A stretch of DNA of 64,000 nt from an uncultured Candidatus Binatia bacterium (GTDB lineage Bacteria > Desulfobacterota > Binatia > Bin18): the NCBI GenBank assembly GCA_965200965.1, contig OZ241744.1:1728001-1792000 (forward strand), read 5' to 3'. The translations under genes were made by a program, and so were the position numbers. Positions 39,788 to 52,879 of this stretch are shown here, piece by piece (the stretch's first letter is position 1; each line of letters begins with the position of its first letter). The notes under the pieces were generated by a model. It did no database searches. It saw only the letters and a list, made by a program, of their open reading frames with translations, and was not told the DNA's origin.

Positions 39788-39818
39788 TCCGGCCGGCGGC
39801 ACCCAGCGAGGAAGAGCC

Positions 39819-40814
39819 ATGGCAGACGACCCGACTCCCCCCGCCTCGGCCCTGGTTGAGGTGCAAAACCTCAAGAAATACTACCCGGTGCGCAGCGGTG
39901 TCTTCTCGCGTATCTCGGCCTGGGTGAAGGCGGTTGACGATGTGTCGTTTGCCATTCAGCCCCAAGAAACGTTTGGGCTGGTCGGCGAGTCAGGCTGTGG
40001 CAAAACTACCGTCGGCAGAACCCTGCTGCGTCTCATTGAACCCACCGCCGGAGCGGTGTTTTTTCAAGGGCAGGACTTGTGTCAATTTACCCCGGCCGAG
40101 CTGCGTCAGGCTCGGCGGCAGATGCAGATCATCTTCCAGGACCCCTACGGCTCGCTCAATCCACGCATGACCGTTGGGGCGATTATCGGGGAGGCGCTGA
40201 AAGTCCACGCCCTGGCCCGGGGCGACGCGCTTGACCGTCAGGTGAGCGAACTCCTGGAACGGGTCGGCCTCTCGCCACGGTATCGGTCGCGCTACCCGCA
40301 CGAATTTTCGGGTGGCCAGCGTCAGCGCATCGGCATTGCCCGCGCCTTGGCCCTGCAACCGCACTTTATTGTCTGTGACGAGCCGGTCTCGGCGCTCGAC
40401 GTATCCATCCAGGCCCAGATTCTCAATCTCCTCCAGGACTTGCAGCACGATTTTGGGCTGTCGTATCTGTTTATCTCGCACGACTTGAGCGTTGTCGAAC
40501 ATATCGCCGACCGGGTGGCGGTCATGTATCTCGGCAAGCTGGTTGAAGTCGCCCCGGTCGGCGAACTCTTTCGCAACCCCCGGCATCCGTACACCCTGGC
40601 GCTCATGTCCGCCAACCCCGTGCCAGACCCGGGCGTGCCGACCGAACGCACTCTCCTGACCGGCGATGTGCCCTCGCCCCTCAACCCGCCCTCAGGCTGT
40701 CCGTTTCATACCCGCTGTCCGCAGGTCATGGACCACTGCAAGACCGTCCCGCCCCCGCTCGCGCGGCCAAACGGCCCCGAACACCAGGTGTGGTGCCATT
40801 TGTACACCGCATGA
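39819..40814 (+). CDS. peptide ABC transporter ATPase (OppF/DppF-like)
   Basis: [46 protein letters not shown]. Confidence 0.94.
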   Translation: MADDPTPPASALVEVQNLKKYYPVRSGVFSRISAWVKAVDDVSFAIQPQETFGLVGESGCGKTTVGRTLLRLIEPTAGAVFFQGQDLCQFTPAELRQARRQMQIIFQDPYGSLNPRMTVGAIIGEALKVHALARGDALDRQVSELLERVGLSPRYRSRYPHEFSGGQRQRIGIARALALQPHFIVCDEPVSALDVSIQAQILNLLQDLQHDFGLSYLFISHDLSVVEHIADRVAVMYLGKLVEVAPVGELFRNPRHPYTLALMSANPVPDPGVPTERTLLTGDVPSPLNPPSGCPFHTRCPQVMDHCKTVPPPLARPNGPEHQVWCHLYTA

Positions 40815-41004
40815 CCGTGGCCGGCTGACGGGTCAAGGTCAAACTCACGAGAAAATGGGAAGGGCAGCCGCCGTCAGCGGATATGTCGAGGTGGGATGTT
40901 CTACTTGTGCGCACTTTGCAAAAGCGGCTATACAGATATGTGTGAGCCATGTCCATGTGGAAGGCTGGTTCTCAAGAAAGGCCAGTACCCCGGACGGAGG
41001 TAGA

Positions 41005-41922
41005 ATGCGGGACGAAATAGCCGAGCCCCGAGCAAAATACGGCGGGCGGTGGACCAAGGAAAAGTTGGAGATACTGGAAAAGTATCTGGACGCCTATACG
41101 ACCGCACTAAAAAATAAGCCGTTCAAGCTGCTATACATAGACGCCTTCGCCGGTACTGGCTACCTGGAACTCGGTCAAGACGATCAGGACGCCAAGGACA
41201 TCTTTGACGCCTTCGCCGGTACTGACTACCTGGAACTCGGTCAAGACGATCAGGACGCCAGGGACCTCTTTGACGGTTCGGCAAGAAGAGCCGTCGACAT
41301 TGACGACAAACCGTTCGACAAGCTGATTTTTGTTGAAAAAGACCCGAAACGATGTGCTGAATTGAAGAACCTGAGAAGAGATTCCTCCAATAGAAATATC
41401 TGGATTGAGAATTCGGATGCAAACGATTATCTGAGGAATCTTCAGCAAAATTGGCAAGAATGGCGCGGGATCCTTTTTCTTGATCCGTTCGGTACACAAG
41501 TTGAATGGTCCACCATTGAAACGATAGCGAGCTTTCATGCTCTGGACACCTGGATTCTATTCCCGGTCTCTGCAATCTCACGGATACTGCCAAAGTTGAA
41601 GCGACTTGAGGATATTGACGCTAAATGGGGTCGCAAGCTGACAAAGGTCTATGGCGATAAAAGCTGGCAAGATCTGTACCGCCCCGAACCACGGGGTCTA
41701 TTCCCCTCGACCGAGCATGAGAGGACTCCCGGCGTTGGCGAGCTTCTCACAATCTACAAGAACAGCTTAGCTGACTTGTTCGGTAACAGGTTTCTCCAGG
41801 AATCCCGAACCTTAAAGAACTCCAGGAACGCGCCAATGTTTGAATTCCTGTTCTGCGTTGGCAATGAGAAGGGAATTGGCCCTGCGAAACGTATAGCTGA
41901 ACATATCCTGGAGCATATGTAG
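41005..41922 (+). CDS. tcmP: three-Cys-motif partner protein (SAM-methyltransferase-like fold)
   Basis: [28 protein letters not shown]; directly upstream of DUF5131; AT-richer DNA. Confidence 0.85.
   Translation: MRDEIAEPRAKYGGRWTKEKLEILEKYLDAYTTALKNKPFKLLYIDAFAGTGYLELGQDDQDAKDIFDAFAGTDYLELGQDDQDARDLFDGSARRAVDIDDKPFDKLIFVEKDPKRCAELKNLRRDSSNRNIWIENSDANDYLRNLQQNWQEWRGILFLDPFGTQVEWSTIETIASFHALDTWILFPVSAISRILPKLKRLEDIDAKWGRKLTKVYGDKSWQDLYRPEPRGLFPSTEHERTPGVGELLTIYKNSLADLFGNRFLQESRTLKNSRNAPMFEFLFCVGNEKGIGPAKRIAEHILEHM
41140..41271 (+). repeat. 66-bp tandem duplication inside tcmP
   Basis: [22 protein letters not shown] / [22 protein letters not shown]. Confidence 0.92.
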
Positions 41923-41924
41923 CG

Positions 41925-42665
41925 ATGGCGGCACACTCCGCAATTGAGTGGACCCAGGCCACCTGGAATCCCGTGACCGGCTGCACCAAAATCAGCCAGG
42001 GGTGCAAGCGCTGCTATGCGGAACGCCTGTCCACCAGGCTGCGGGCGATGGGGGTCAACAAATACCGATCGGGCTTTTCCGTCACCCTGCATCGCGCTGT
42101 GCTGGGCGACCCCGTGCGCTGGCGGAAGCCGCGCCTCGTCTTTGTCAATTCCATGTCCGACCTGTTTCACCAGTCTGTCGAGACGGGTTTCATTGAAGCG
42201 GTGTTCGCGGTCATGAACCGTGCCTCTCAGCACACGTTTCAGGTCCTCACCAAACGCCCGAGCCGTGTGGCTCGGCTGAAGGGCCGGCTGTCCTGGACGC
42301 CGAACATCTGGCTCGGCACCAGCATCGAATCCGAGCGGTGGCTGGACCGGCTCACCTGGCTCACGGCCACCAGTGCCTCCACGAAGTTTGTCTCGCTTGA
42401 ACCCTTGCTCGGACCGCTCCCCCACCTGCCACTGGACGGGATCGACTGGGTGATCGTTGGGGGGGAATCCGGCCCGGGCGCACGGCCGATGGAAGCCGAC
42501 TGGGCGCGGGACATCCGTGACGCCTGCCTCCGGCACGGCGTGCCGTTCTTCTTCAAGCAGTGGGGAGGCCGGACGCCCAAGGCCGGCGGGCGGTTCCTCG
42601 ATGGCCGGGAGCATAACGAGATGCCCGGAAAGAAAGAACGTCTCACCTTCCTCTCGAGCGGATGA
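41925..42665 (+). CDS. DUF5131 (phage Gp37/Gp68) radical-SAM-like protein
   Basis: [52 protein letters not shown]. Confidence 0.93.
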   Translation: MAAHSAIEWTQATWNPVTGCTKISQGCKRCYAERLSTRLRAMGVNKYRSGFSVTLHRAVLGDPVRWRKPRLVFVNSMSDLFHQSVETGFIEAVFAVMNRASQHTFQVLTKRPSRVARLKGRLSWTPNIWLGTSIESERWLDRLTWLTATSASTKFVSLEPLLGPLPHLPLDGIDWVIVGGESGPGARPMEADWARDIRDACLRHGVPFFFKQWGGRTPKAGGRFLDGREHNEMPGKKERLTFLSSG

Positions 42666-42672
42666 GACGTTC
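42636..42672. repeat. hairpin family H, copy E (reverse), overlapping the DUF5131 stop
   Basis: gaacgtctc-accttcctctcgagcggat-gagacgttc. Confidence 0.78.
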
Positions 42673-42912
42673 CCTCTTTGTCTCAGCTCGCGCATGCTGA
42701 GTGGCGAACCTGATTGGCTGGGGATTGGTCTGCCTCTAAATCCACCGTGCCTATAAGCGCCATATGCGGCTGCTTGCGGGCTTTGACCTCGAGCGAGAGG
42801 CCAGGATGGCGGACATGGCGGCCAACCATGCTGTTCTGCCTGCCGTGATTGATGTGCAGAACTACAGAAAGGAGCAGCGGAATGAACGGAAAACACGCGA
42901 GGAGGAATACTG

Positions 42913-43344
42913 ATGTTTGACGTTGTGACCGCTGCCTATGTGCAATCCGGTGTCGCCCTTGCTGTCGGCATGGCTCAGGTTGGCATAATCTGGATGGGCA
43001 TCAAGAAAATGTCTGAGGCGAGCGAGAGCCGTGCGCGACAGGTGGACCACTCCATGCGCACCCAGGCAGACCGCCATGAAGAAGCCATGCGCACCCAGAC
43101 AGCACGCCATGAAGAAACCATGCGCACCCAGGCAGACCGCCATGAAGAAGCCATGCGCACCCAGACAGCACGCCATGAAGAAACCATGCGTACCCAGACA
43201 GCACACCATGAAGAAGCCATGCGCACCCAGGCAGACCAGCACGCCGAAACAATGGAAGCCCTGCGGCAACAGGGGGAAGCCTTGCGTACGCTGATTGAAC
43301 GCACCGCGCCCAGCGCGGGGGCTGGAAGACAGGAGGCCCAATGA
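42913..43344 (+). CDS. membrane-anchored protein with six 11-aa (33-bp) His/Met-rich repeats, copy 1
   Basis: GGAGGA RBS; TM GVALAVGMAQVGIIWMGI; MRTQ(AD/TA)RHEE(A/T) units. Confidence 0.75.
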   Translation: MFDVVTAAYVQSGVALAVGMAQVGIIWMGIKKMSEASESRARQVDHSMRTQADRHEEAMRTQTARHEETMRTQADRHEEAMRTQTARHEETMRTQTAHHEEAMRTQADQHAETMEALRQQGEALRTLIERTAPSAGAGRQEAQ

Positions 43345-43364
43345 TCCCCCTCCTCTTCTTGCTC

Positions 43365-43540
43365 CTGGTCAATGAAGGCCGTTGGCATTTGTTTGTGGAA
43401 GAGGTCACTCATAGGGTTGACGATATCAGGCGCGGCGTGCGCCACGCGAGCGGCTGGGCGAGGCGTTCGGGGCGGAGGGTCAGGTTGAAGCCCTGCTCAA
43501 AGGGGTGGCCGGCCACACCGCGGAAGCGTTCGGCAAAGCG
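43365..43540 (-). pseudogene. frameshifted internal fragment of a second DUF5131 gene
   Basis: RFAERFRGVAGHPFEQGFNLTLRPERLAQPLAWRTPRLI /fs/ VNPMSDLFHKQMPTAFIDQ. Confidence 0.8.
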
Positions 43541-43633
43541 ACAACGTATTCGGGGTTATCAATCCTCGATTGATCTGCACTTCCTCCGCTGGAAACACTC
43601 TTTCCTTGGGATGGCCCTTGCCTCTTTACATAT

Positions 43634-43930
43634 CTAGTCATTGCTTACCAGGTACCGCTTGCAGTATCGCCTCATAGAATCCATCGATATCTCTCCTCTG
43701 GCAGGAGCCTCCTTGTACGGGTCCTCCTCATGTGTCATATCCCTCAGCTTCCATGCGGAGAACTGGCCGAACACCTCGTCAATTTCAGCAAGAAAATCCC
43801 GAATCTTCTCGTCCTCGATAGGCGTCTCTGTGACCGCTTTTTTCTGTGGGACAGGACTACTCTTATGCCGTTTGAAGACATGGTATACGTCAGGGACGAC
43901 CGGCCCGTAGGTCCAGGCTTCAATTTTTTG
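43634..43930 (-). pseudogene. 5'-truncated Panacea/SocA (DUF4065) antitoxin-like gene
   Basis: IEAWTYGPVVPDVY...FSAWKLRDMTHEEDP; N-terminal LQKLLYY helix absent. Confidence 0.75.
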
Positions 43931-44109
43931 ACCCCAGCAATCCTTGCCTGCTGATGATAGAGTCCGGCAAGCAAAACTGTTGACCTTTCCGTGAAGGTTT
44001 TGTGTTTTAGAACTGTGTTTGAAAATAGAGATCAAGGCCGTAAAAATCCGGCCCGAAAAATTCTGATAATTTTTTGAGGGTTTTTAATCTATTTGCAGGA
44101 GGAACGCCG

Positions 44110-44475
44110 ATGTTTGACGCTGTGACCGCTGCCTATGTGCAATCCGGTGTCGCCCTTGCTGTCGGCATGGCTCAGGTTGGCATAATCTGGATAGGCATCA
44201 AGACAATGTCTGAGGCGAGCGAGAGCCGTGCGCGACAGGTGGACCACTCCATGCGCACCCAGGCAGACCGCCATGAAGAAGCCATGCGCACCCAGGCAGA
44301 CCGCCATGAAGAAACCATGCGCACCCAGGCAGCACGCCATGAAGAAGCCATGCGCACCCAGGCAGACCAGCACGCCGAAACAATGGAAGCCCTGCGGCAA
44401 CAGGGGGAAGCCTTGCGCACGCTGATTGAACGCACCGCGCCCAGCACGGGGGCTGGAAGACAGGAGGCCCAATGA
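44110..44475 (+). CDS. membrane-anchored protein with four 11-aa His/Met-rich repeats, copy 2
   Basis: Near-identical to 42913..43344 with two fewer repeat units. Confidence 0.75.
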   Translation: MFDAVTAAYVQSGVALAVGMAQVGIIWIGIKTMSEASESRARQVDHSMRTQADRHEEAMRTQADRHEETMRTQAARHEEAMRTQADQHAETMEALRQQGEALRTLIERTAPSTGAGRQEAQ

Positions 44476-44735
44476 TCCCCCTCCTCACCGCGGCCCTTGT
44501 CGTAGACGGGCGGACGGTTCAAGAGAATACCTTCACGGTTACGACAGTGGGAGAGGAGTTTGTGACCGGGCTCGAGCGGGATGTTGTGGTTGCAGACTTC
44601 CCGAGCGCGGGGGAGTCTATCACGCTCCGCTGGCAGCAAGGCGTGCAAGGCTTTGCCCTCGTCCCAACGGAGACCGCGCAGGAGTGGGGGTGTTGCCGGT
44701 CTCGTCTGGTGGGAGCGGAGGCCGGGTGGGGCTAG
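44472..44735 (+). pseudogene. isolated fragment of the C-terminal domain family seen in 31019..34444
   Basis: VDGRTVQENTFTVTTVGEEFV...VVVADFPSAGESITLRWQQGVQGF matches DGVEFGRATFTVTTFGEEFV...VVVADFPSPGETAMLAWQEATQTF. Confidence 0.7.
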
Positions 44736-45169
44736 TCCGGGGGCTGAGCCGTCTCGGCGTCCGGGGGCGCGGCTGATGCGGATTGGGTTGTGGCTTTGGT
44801 CTTTTTGCTCTCGGATACGGGGCGCACGCGCTCACCTTTCAGCCGGGCGGCTTTCCCCCGCAGCCCGCGGAGATAGTACAGCTTGGCCCGCCGGACTTTG
44901 CCGCGCACCGTCACCTCGATCTTGTCAATCCGGGGCGAGTGGAGCGGAAAGACGCGCTCAACACCAACGCCGTAGGAAATTTTCCGAACCGTAAATGTGG
45001 CCCGGTTGCCGCCATTGGCTTGACAGATCACTACCCCCTCAAAGACCTGAATCCGTTCCTTGTCGCCCTCAACGATTCTGGCGTGGACGCGGACCGTATC
45101 GCCGGGCTTGAAGTCGGGCAAATCCGTTCGCAGTTGGCTGGCTTCAAGCTGATGAATGCTCTTGTTCAT
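44732..45169 (-). CDS. rplS: 50S ribosomal protein L19
   Basis: [42 protein letters not shown]. Confidence 0.98.
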   Translation of the reverse strand: MNKSIHQLEASQLRTDLPDFKPGDTVRVHARIVEGDKERIQVFEGVVICQANGGNRATFTVRKISYGVGVERVFPLHSPRIDKIEVTVRGKVRRAKLYYLRGLRGKAARLKGERVRPVSESKKTKATTQSASAAPPDAETAQPPD

Positions 45170-45339
45170 GGCCGTGTTCCTCTCTGTGAGCCGCGGGCGA
45201 CCGGCAGGGCAGGGCGACTTCCGGCGGACAGGGATTGCGCTGCCCGCTGTTGGTCAAAATCGCTCGTTGTGCTCGCTGAAGGCCGGTGGCTGAATGCCAG
45301 GGGTGCCGGGGTCTTCTCGTGTCTCTCTAAGAGCCGGTC

Positions 45340-45368
45340 AGCTTAGCCTGCCCCTGTCGGTCGGTCAA
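45340..45368 (-). promoter_or_regulatory. putative sigma70 promoter for rplS
   Basis: minus strand TTGACC-17 nt-TAAGCT. Confidence 0.55.
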
Positions 45369-45399
45369 GCGACCGCCCGGTGAACGAAGAGAGCAGCGT

Positions 45400-45963
45400 T
45401 CACTCCGGCGTGCCCAGCAGCCGGTCCAGGATAATCGCCGCGGCCGCCCGGACGGACAGGTGGTTGTACACGCCCGGTCCGTGGATTGGCTCAAGAAAGT
45501 CGTCGGCCCGGTCGAGGAGCTGTTCAGTCAGCCCCCAGCCGGTACCCAACAGGATGAGCAGTGGAGGTCCCGGGCGCTCAACCCGGCGGCGCAACTCGGC
45601 AAAGGAAAGACGCGCGCCGCCGTCTCTGGCCGAGGTGGCAATCAGCCGTGGCCGCTCCCCGGCCTCGCGCTGCACCGCCTCAAGCGTGTCATCGAGGCGT
45701 GAGCTGAGGGTAACGATTTCGAGGGCGTCTTTGCGGGTGACGTTATAGGTGCTGCCATAGCCGAACTGCCAGTGGTGTATGATTTTTTCGGCCAGGGCGC
45801 GGAGGGTCGGAACCGGATTGACGACAAAGAAGCGTTTGACCCCATAGGTCTTTGCCGAGCGGGATATATCGTGGATATCCATATTGGTGATCGAGGTGGT
45901 GACCACCTTGCGCTGTTTATTATAGACAGGGTGATGGAGGAGGGCCACATAGAGCTCAGCCAT
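45400..45963 (-). CDS. SPOUT-family RNA methyltransferase (trmD-associated)
   Basis: [38 protein letters not shown]. Confidence 0.9.
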   Translation of the reverse strand: MAELYVALLHHPVYNKQRKVVTTSITNMDIHDISRSAKTYGVKRFFVVNPVPTLRALAEKIIHHWQFGYGSTYNVTRKDALEIVTLSSRLDDTLEAVQREAGERPRLIATSARDGGARLSFAELRRRVERPGPPLLILLGTGWGLTEQLLDRADDFLEPIHGPGVYNHLSVRAAAAIILDRLLGTPE

Positions 45964-46735
45964 GCGCGTCACCACAGGGGGGCGATACTCTCTTCCTGAT
46001 GAGATGGTCATCGTCGCCGGCCTCTCCGGCCAGCCAGTGTTTCTCTTCCGGGCTGAGGGGGGCCGTGTTCAACAGTTCGGGACGGCGCTCACGGGTCCGC
46101 AGCAACGCTTGACGGCGGCGCCAGCCGGCAATGGCGGCATGGTTGCCGGACAGCAGCACCGCCGGCACGCGCAGACCCCTGAACTCCTCGGGTCGGGTAT
46201 ACTGGGGGTATTCCAACAGCCCAACGCTGAACGACTCTTCCTGGGTTGATTCCTGGCGGCCAACCACCCCGGGGACGAGACGGGCCACCGCGTCAATGAC
46301 GGCCAGGGCGGCGATTTCTCCCCCGCTCAGCACATAGTCGCCGACCGAGAGTTCTTCATCGACCGCCGCCCGGACCCGCTCATCAACTCCTTCATAGCGT
46401 CCGCATACCAGCACCAGCGCCCCTTGGGCGGCCAGTTGGCCGACCTTGTGCTGGGTCAGCGGTACGCCCTGGGGGGAGAGCAGAATCCGTTTCGGCCGCG
46501 GCAGGCGGCGACACACATCTTCAAGCGCGGCAAAGATCGGCTCGGGCTTCATGACCATGCCAGCGCCACCGCCATACGGCGCATCGTCGGTGGCGCGGTG
46601 TGTTCCGGCGGCGTAGTCGCGCAAATTATGGACATGACACGCCACGAGCCGGCGGTCTTGGGCCTTTTTCAGCAGGCCGACAGACAGCGGCGAGGCAAAC
46701 AGCTCGGGAAAGATGGTGATGACGTGGAACTGCAT
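45956..46735 (-). CDS. trmD: tRNA (guanine-N1)-methyltransferase
   Basis: [43 protein letters not shown]. Confidence 0.98.
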   Translation of the reverse strand: MQFHVITIFPELFASPLSVGLLKKAQDRRLVACHVHNLRDYAAGTHRATDDAPYGGGAGMVMKPEPIFAALEDVCRRLPRPKRILLSPQGVPLTQHKVGQLAAQGALVLVCGRYEGVDERVRAAVDEELSVGDYVLSGGEIAALAVIDAVARLVPGVVGRQESTQEESFSVGLLEYPQYTRPEEFRGLRVPAVLLSGNHAAIAGWRRRQALLRTRERRPELLNTAPLSPEEKHWLAGEAGDDDHLIRKRVSPPCGDAHG

Positions 46736-46739
46736 AATC

Positions 46740-47288
46740 TCAGTTGAGCAGCCCGTCCACAGGCGCAATCACCGCGTGTCGGCCCGGAATGTCAATGCTG
46801 CGGACAATGGCTTGAATAACGGGAATCAGGTACTCTTTCCTGCCCCGGCGCACAACCCACACATCATGCCCGCCGGAGAAGAAGACCTGGCGTACCGTGC
46901 CGATGTGTTGGCCGGCGGTGGTCAGGACCGCAAGCCCGAGCACCTGGTAATAGTAGAACTCGTTGTCTTGGAGCGGGGGGAGTTGGCGCTCATGGACCGC
47001 AAGGGTGTGGCCGCACAGGGCCTGGGCCTGCTCACGGGAGACTACCCCCGCAAAGGCGACGAGCAGAAAAGGGGGGCGAGGGCGCAGCGTGGCGATCCGG
47101 GCCGGGGTCGCTTGCCGGCCGCGGTCCTGGAGTTGGACCGTCAGCCCTTGTTTGAGGGTCGGGCACGGAAACGCGCAGGGCCGCAGCCGGAGTTCTCCGC
47201 CCAGACCGTGGGTCTTGACCAGACGGCCGAGCGAAACAAGGCGGTCGGCACCCGGCGTGTCATTTTTCTTCGACGATTTCAAGGACAA
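46740..47288 (-). CDS. rimM: 16S rRNA processing protein RimM (start uncertain)
   Basis: [34 protein letters not shown]. Confidence 0.92.
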   Translation of the reverse strand: MSLKSSKKNDTPGADRLVSLGRLVKTHGLGGELRLRPCAFPCPTLKQGLTVQLQDRGRQATPARIATLRPRPPFLLVAFAGVVSREQAQALCGHTLAVHERQLPPLQDNEFYYYQVLGLAVLTTAGQHIGTVRQVFFSGGHDVWVVRRGRKEYLIPVIQAIVRSIDIPGRHAVIAPVDGLLN

Positions 47289-47496
47289 CTTTACGGTTTG
47301 TCCGTGAGGCGGCGGCGTTGAGCAGCGTGCGGATCGACTTGGCGGTCCGTCCCTGTTTGCCAATAATCCGACCCAGATCGTCTTTTGCCACGCGGAGTTC
47401 GAGAATCGAGGCGGTCTCGCCCGGTATTTCGTTTACCTCGACTTCATCAGGATGGTTCACCAGCGCCTTGGCCAGGTATATGACGAGATCCTTCAT
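47260..47496 (-). CDS. khpA: KH-domain RNA-binding protein (KhpA/YlqC)
   Basis: DLGRIIGKQGRTAKSIRTLL; lies between rpsP and rimM. Confidence 0.93.
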   Translation of the reverse strand: MKDLVIYLAKALVNHPDEVEVNEIPGETASILELRVAKDDLGRIIGKQGRTAKSIRTLLNAAASRTNRKVVLEIVEEK

Positions 47497-47515
47497 AGGC
47501 TGTTCCCCGTGCGCT

Positions 47516-47764
47516 TCAGGCGACAGGTTCCTGCCCGGCCTTTTTTATCAGCCGAGCAACAGTGTCGGTCGGTTGAGCGCCGTTTTGGAGCCATTTGTTC
47601 AGTTTGTCTGTTTTGAACTGCACGACGGCCGGGTCCTTGGTCGGATCGTAAAATCCGAGCTGTTCAATAAAACGGCCGTCGCGTGGAGCGCGCGAGTCAG
47701 CCGCGACAATACGATAGAAAGGTCGCTTTTTGGCCCCGTGGCGGGCCAGCCGGATTTTGACCAT
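47516..47764 (-). CDS. rpsP: 30S ribosomal protein S16
   Basis: [32 protein letters not shown]. Confidence 0.98.
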   Translation of the reverse strand: MVKIRLARHGAKKRPFYRIVAADSRAPRDGRFIEQLGFYDPTKDPAVVQFKTDKLNKWLQNGAQPTDTVARLIKKAGQEPVA

Positions 47765-47774
47765 AGCTTTCCTC

Positions 47775-49250
47775 TTACCCCCAGAATGACAGCGATTTGC
47801 GCGCTTTATGGGCCTTTTTGGCCAGTTTGCTCATTTTGCCCGGCCGGCCCCCTGAATTTTTGCCCGACTTGCCGGCCTTTTTTTGGGTCAACTGGCCGAG
47901 GTCAAGCCCGCCGCCCATATCGCCGAGCTGGGGGCCCGCGACGTTGAACCGGGAGAGACGGCGCATCATCTTCTTGGCCTCGGCGTACTGCTTGAGAAAG
48001 CGATTGACCTCGGTCACCCGGGTCCCGCTGCCCTTGGCAATCCGCCGCCGCCGGCTGCCGTTCAGGAGCTCGGGCCGCCGGCGCTCCTGCCTGGTCATGG
48101 ACGAGATAATGGCTTCAATGCGCTTGAAGTCCTGTTCGGCTTGGTCCAGGTCGGTGTTCTGCGCGGCTTTTTTGCCGCCCGGGAGCAGGGACATCAGGTC
48201 GGAGATTGATCCCATTTTTTTGAGCATGCGCATCTGCTCGGCAAAATCGGCCAGGGTGAACTGGTTTTTGCGCAGCTTTTTTTCGAGCGCCGCGGCCTGG
48301 TCCTGGTCGTAGACCTTTTCAGCCTTTTCGACCAGGGAGAGCACATCGCCCATGCCCAGGATACGCGACGCAGCCCGATCGGGATAAAAGGCTTCGAGGG
48401 CGTCAAGCTTTTCACCGATGCCGATGAAGACGATTGGCTTGCCGGTCACTGAGCGCAGCGACAGGGCCGCCCCGCCTCGGGCGTCGCCCTCGACCTTGGT
48501 CAGGATAACGCCGTCAAGCGTGAGTTGGGAGTGGAAGCCTTGGGCGACATTGACCGCCTCCTGGCCGGTCATGGCGTCGGCCACCAGCAGGGTCTGATGG
48601 GGATTGACCGCGGTCTTGAGCTGAGCGAGCTGCCCCATCAGCTCGGTGTCGACCTGCTGGCGGCCGGCGGTGTCGATGATGACCACATCCGCCCCCTCGC
48701 GCCGGGCGGCGTCAACACCGGCGGCCGCAATCCTGACCGGGTCGGTAGCCGAACCGTCGTTGGGCGTCGGATACACCGGCACCCCGAGATCTGCGCCAAG
48801 GATGCGCAACTGGTCAATCGCGGCCGGACGGAAGGTATCGGCTGGAACCAGGTAGGGCGCGCGGGCCTGTTCCCGTTGCAGATAGCCGGCCAGCTTGCCG
48901 GCAGTGGTGGTCTTGCCCGAGCCGTTCAGACCGACGAGTAAAACCACCACCGGCGGAGCGGCCGACAGGTTCAACTCGGTGCGCTGCCCGCCCAGTAACT
49001 CGATCAACTCGTCGTTGACGACCTTGACGAGTTGCTGGCCGGGCGACAGACCGGCCGTGACCTCCTGGCCCACGACCTGGGTCTTGACCCGCTCAACAAA
49101 GTCTCGGACCACCCGAAAGTTCACATCGGCTTCAAGCAGCGCCAGGCGGACCTCGCGCAAAGCCTGGTCAATGTTCCTGTCGGTCAGCCGTCCCGGTCCG
49201 CGCACACGGCGCAGGACGGCATCCAGCTTTTCACTCAGCGCTTCAAACAT
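47775..49250 (-). CDS. ffh: signal recognition particle protein
   Basis: [47 protein letters not shown]. Confidence 0.98.
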   Translation of the reverse strand: MFEALSEKLDAVLRRVRGPGRLTDRNIDQALREVRLALLEADVNFRVVRDFVERVKTQVVGQEVTAGLSPGQQLVKVVNDELIELLGGQRTELNLSAAPPVVVLLVGLNGSGKTTTAGKLAGYLQREQARAPYLVPADTFRPAAIDQLRILGADLGVPVYPTPNDGSATDPVRIAAAGVDAARREGADVVIIDTAGRQQVDTELMGQLAQLKTAVNPHQTLLVADAMTGQEAVNVAQGFHSQLTLDGVILTKVEGDARGGAALSLRSVTGKPIVFIGIGEKLDALEAFYPDRAASRILGMGDVLSLVEKAEKVYDQDQAAALEKKLRKNQFTLADFAEQMRMLKKMGSISDLMSLLPGGKKAAQNTDLDQAEQDFKRIEAIISSMTRQERRRPELLNGSRRRRIAKGSGTRVTEVNRFLKQYAEAKKMMRRLSRFNVAGPQLGDMGGGLDLGQLTQKKAGKSGKNSGGRPGKMSKLAKKAHKARKSLSFWG

Positions 49251-49346
49251 AGGCTCCCCCCACATACAGAAAGGCGGCTGGAAAGTCAATCAATTTGGCC
49301 GCCGGCTTGCTTGCGTGGAAAAAGGAAATGCGCTAGCTGTAGACGG

Positions 49347-49796
49347 ATGACGGCTCGAGAAAAATTTCTGGTCGGTGTCGTCCTGATGGTGGGCGCGGTC
49401 GGCTATCTGATGTACACCGGCATCCGCGAAACAAGCACCTATTATCTGACCCTGGAAGAGTTTCTGCCCCAAAAGGAAGCCTTGGCAAACGCCGGCGTGC
49501 GCGTCGCTGGGCGGGTCCGCAGCGGTTCGGTCGACTGGAACCCCAAAAACCTCAGGCTCTCCTTCACCATGATCGGCTTTGACCACAACGGCCAGCCGGC
49601 CGATGCGCCGGGCCTGGCCGTTCGCTATCAAGGCGTGCTGCCCGACATGTTTGCCGAGGAACGGGATGTGATCGTGGAGGGACAGTACGCCCCTGGGGCA
49701 GACACGCTCCAGGCCACGACCGTCATGACCAGTTGCCCGTCCAAGTATGAGGCCGAACTTGAACAGGACGGGACGGGCGCAGCCTCGCCGTCCTGA
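49347..49796 (+). CDS. ccmE: cytochrome c maturation heme chaperone, CxxxY variant
   Basis: N-terminal TM, YQGVLPDMF, TSCPSKY. Confidence 0.9.
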   Translation: MTAREKFLVGVVLMVGAVGYLMYTGIRETSTYYLTLEEFLPQKEALANAGVRVAGRVRSGSVDWNPKNLRLSFTMIGFDHNGQPADAPGLAVRYQGVLPDMFAEERDVIVEGQYAPGADTLQATTVMTSCPSKYEAELEQDGTGAASPS

Positions 49797-49811
49797 GCGC
49801 TTTCCCTCCGC

Positions 49812-51801
<1,990 letters not shown>

Positions 51802-51812
<11 letters not shown>

Positions 51813-52257
51813 GCGTCTGCTCCTCGTGTTGTGCGTCTTCGGGGCCACGCTGGGCACTGCCCCGCGCCCCAGCCAGACCGCACTGGAGGAAGCCCTCACC
51901 TGCCAGTGCGGCTGCGGGCTGACGGTCCATAGCTGCAACCATCTGCAATGCGGTTTTGCCATCCCCCGCAAAAAAGAGATCGGCCAATTCCTGGCTGAGG
52001 GCAAAAGTCGAGAAGAGATTCTGGCCGCCTTTGTCGCCGACTACGGAGAAAAAGTGCTGTCCGCTCCCACCACCAGCGGCTTTAATCTGGCGGCCTGGAT
52101 TACGCCGTTTGCGGTCATCCTGCTTGGAGGGCTGGTGATTGGGGTGATGAGCCTGCGCTGGGCCAGGCGGCCGCGGCCTGGCCCGCACCCTGCCCCGGCC
52201 GCGTCAGACGCCTACCGGGACCAACTCAACAAAGAGTTGGCAGACTTTGACGGCTGA
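51802..52257 (+). CDS. ccmH: cytochrome c biogenesis protein CcmH-like
   Basis: LTCQCGC...CNHLQC, FVADYGEKVLSAP...FNLAAW.TP. Confidence 0.8.
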
Positions 52258-52288
52258 GCGGGACGCCCCCCCCCGCAGCGAGATTCGT

Positions 52289-52591
52289 ATGTCTTTTCTC
52301 CTGTATTTTTCCGGTCTGGCGCTCATCGCCAGCATCGCCACCCTGGTTGCCCTGCCGCTGCTGCGTCCAGACCGGGCCAGGGCCGAGCGGTCACAGGCCG
52401 CCCCACCCGACCTGGAACGCTGGGAAGGACAGAAGCGACAAGCCTATGCAGCTCTCAAGGAGGCCGAGTTCGACCGCCAGACGGGCAAGCTCAGCGACGA
52501 GGACTATCGCCTGCTGCGTGAGAAATATGAAGCGCGGGCGCTGGAAGCCCTGGCCCAGCTCGACCGGCTGGGCCAGGCTAACGAATCTTGA
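52289..52591 (+). CDS. CcmI-like short membrane protein
   Basis: TM + ALKEAEFDRQTGKLSDEDYRLL; lies inside the ccm cluster. Confidence 0.65.
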   Translation: MSFLLYFSGLALIASIATLVALPLLRPDRARAERSQAAPPDLERWEGQKRQAYAALKEAEFDRQTGKLSDEDYRLLREKYEARALEALAQLDRLGQANES

Positions 52592-52781
52592 GGTTAAACG
52601 CTTGGGGGCCTTTTTCGCCGGGGCGGACCTGAAACTCCACCTCGTCGCCCTCCCGCAAGTCCTCAAAATATATTTTGGGTACCAGACGGGAACTGTGGAA
52701 AAACACATCCTCATTGCCCTCATCGGGGGTGATAAAACCGAAGCCCTTCGCCTTGATGATCTTTTTGATTGTCCCGGTCAT
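52578..52781 (-). CDS. cold-shock domain protein
   Basis: KGFGFITPDEG.EDVFFH, VEF...GEKGPQA; GGAGG RBS. Confidence 0.93.
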   Translation of the reverse strand: MTGTIKKIIKAKGFGFITPDEGNEDVFFHSSRLVPKIYFEDLREGDEVEFQVRPGEKGPQAFNLKIR

Positions 52782-52879
52782 ACATCCTCCCTGTTCACAC
52801 TCCATCAAAGAACACCGCCCGGCCCGTGTCAAGCAAAGCGCGATCCGTGCTTCGGCGTGGTGCGTCTGGTGCCAGGGCG

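Noticed and set aside
41925-42665. Prophage (Gp37/Gp68 annotation)
   Set aside because: No structural, terminase, integrase or lysis genes nearby.
43054-43254. CRISPR or non-coding tandem repeat
   Set aside because: Contiguous 33-bp units without spacers, in frame in an ORF with RBS and TM helix.
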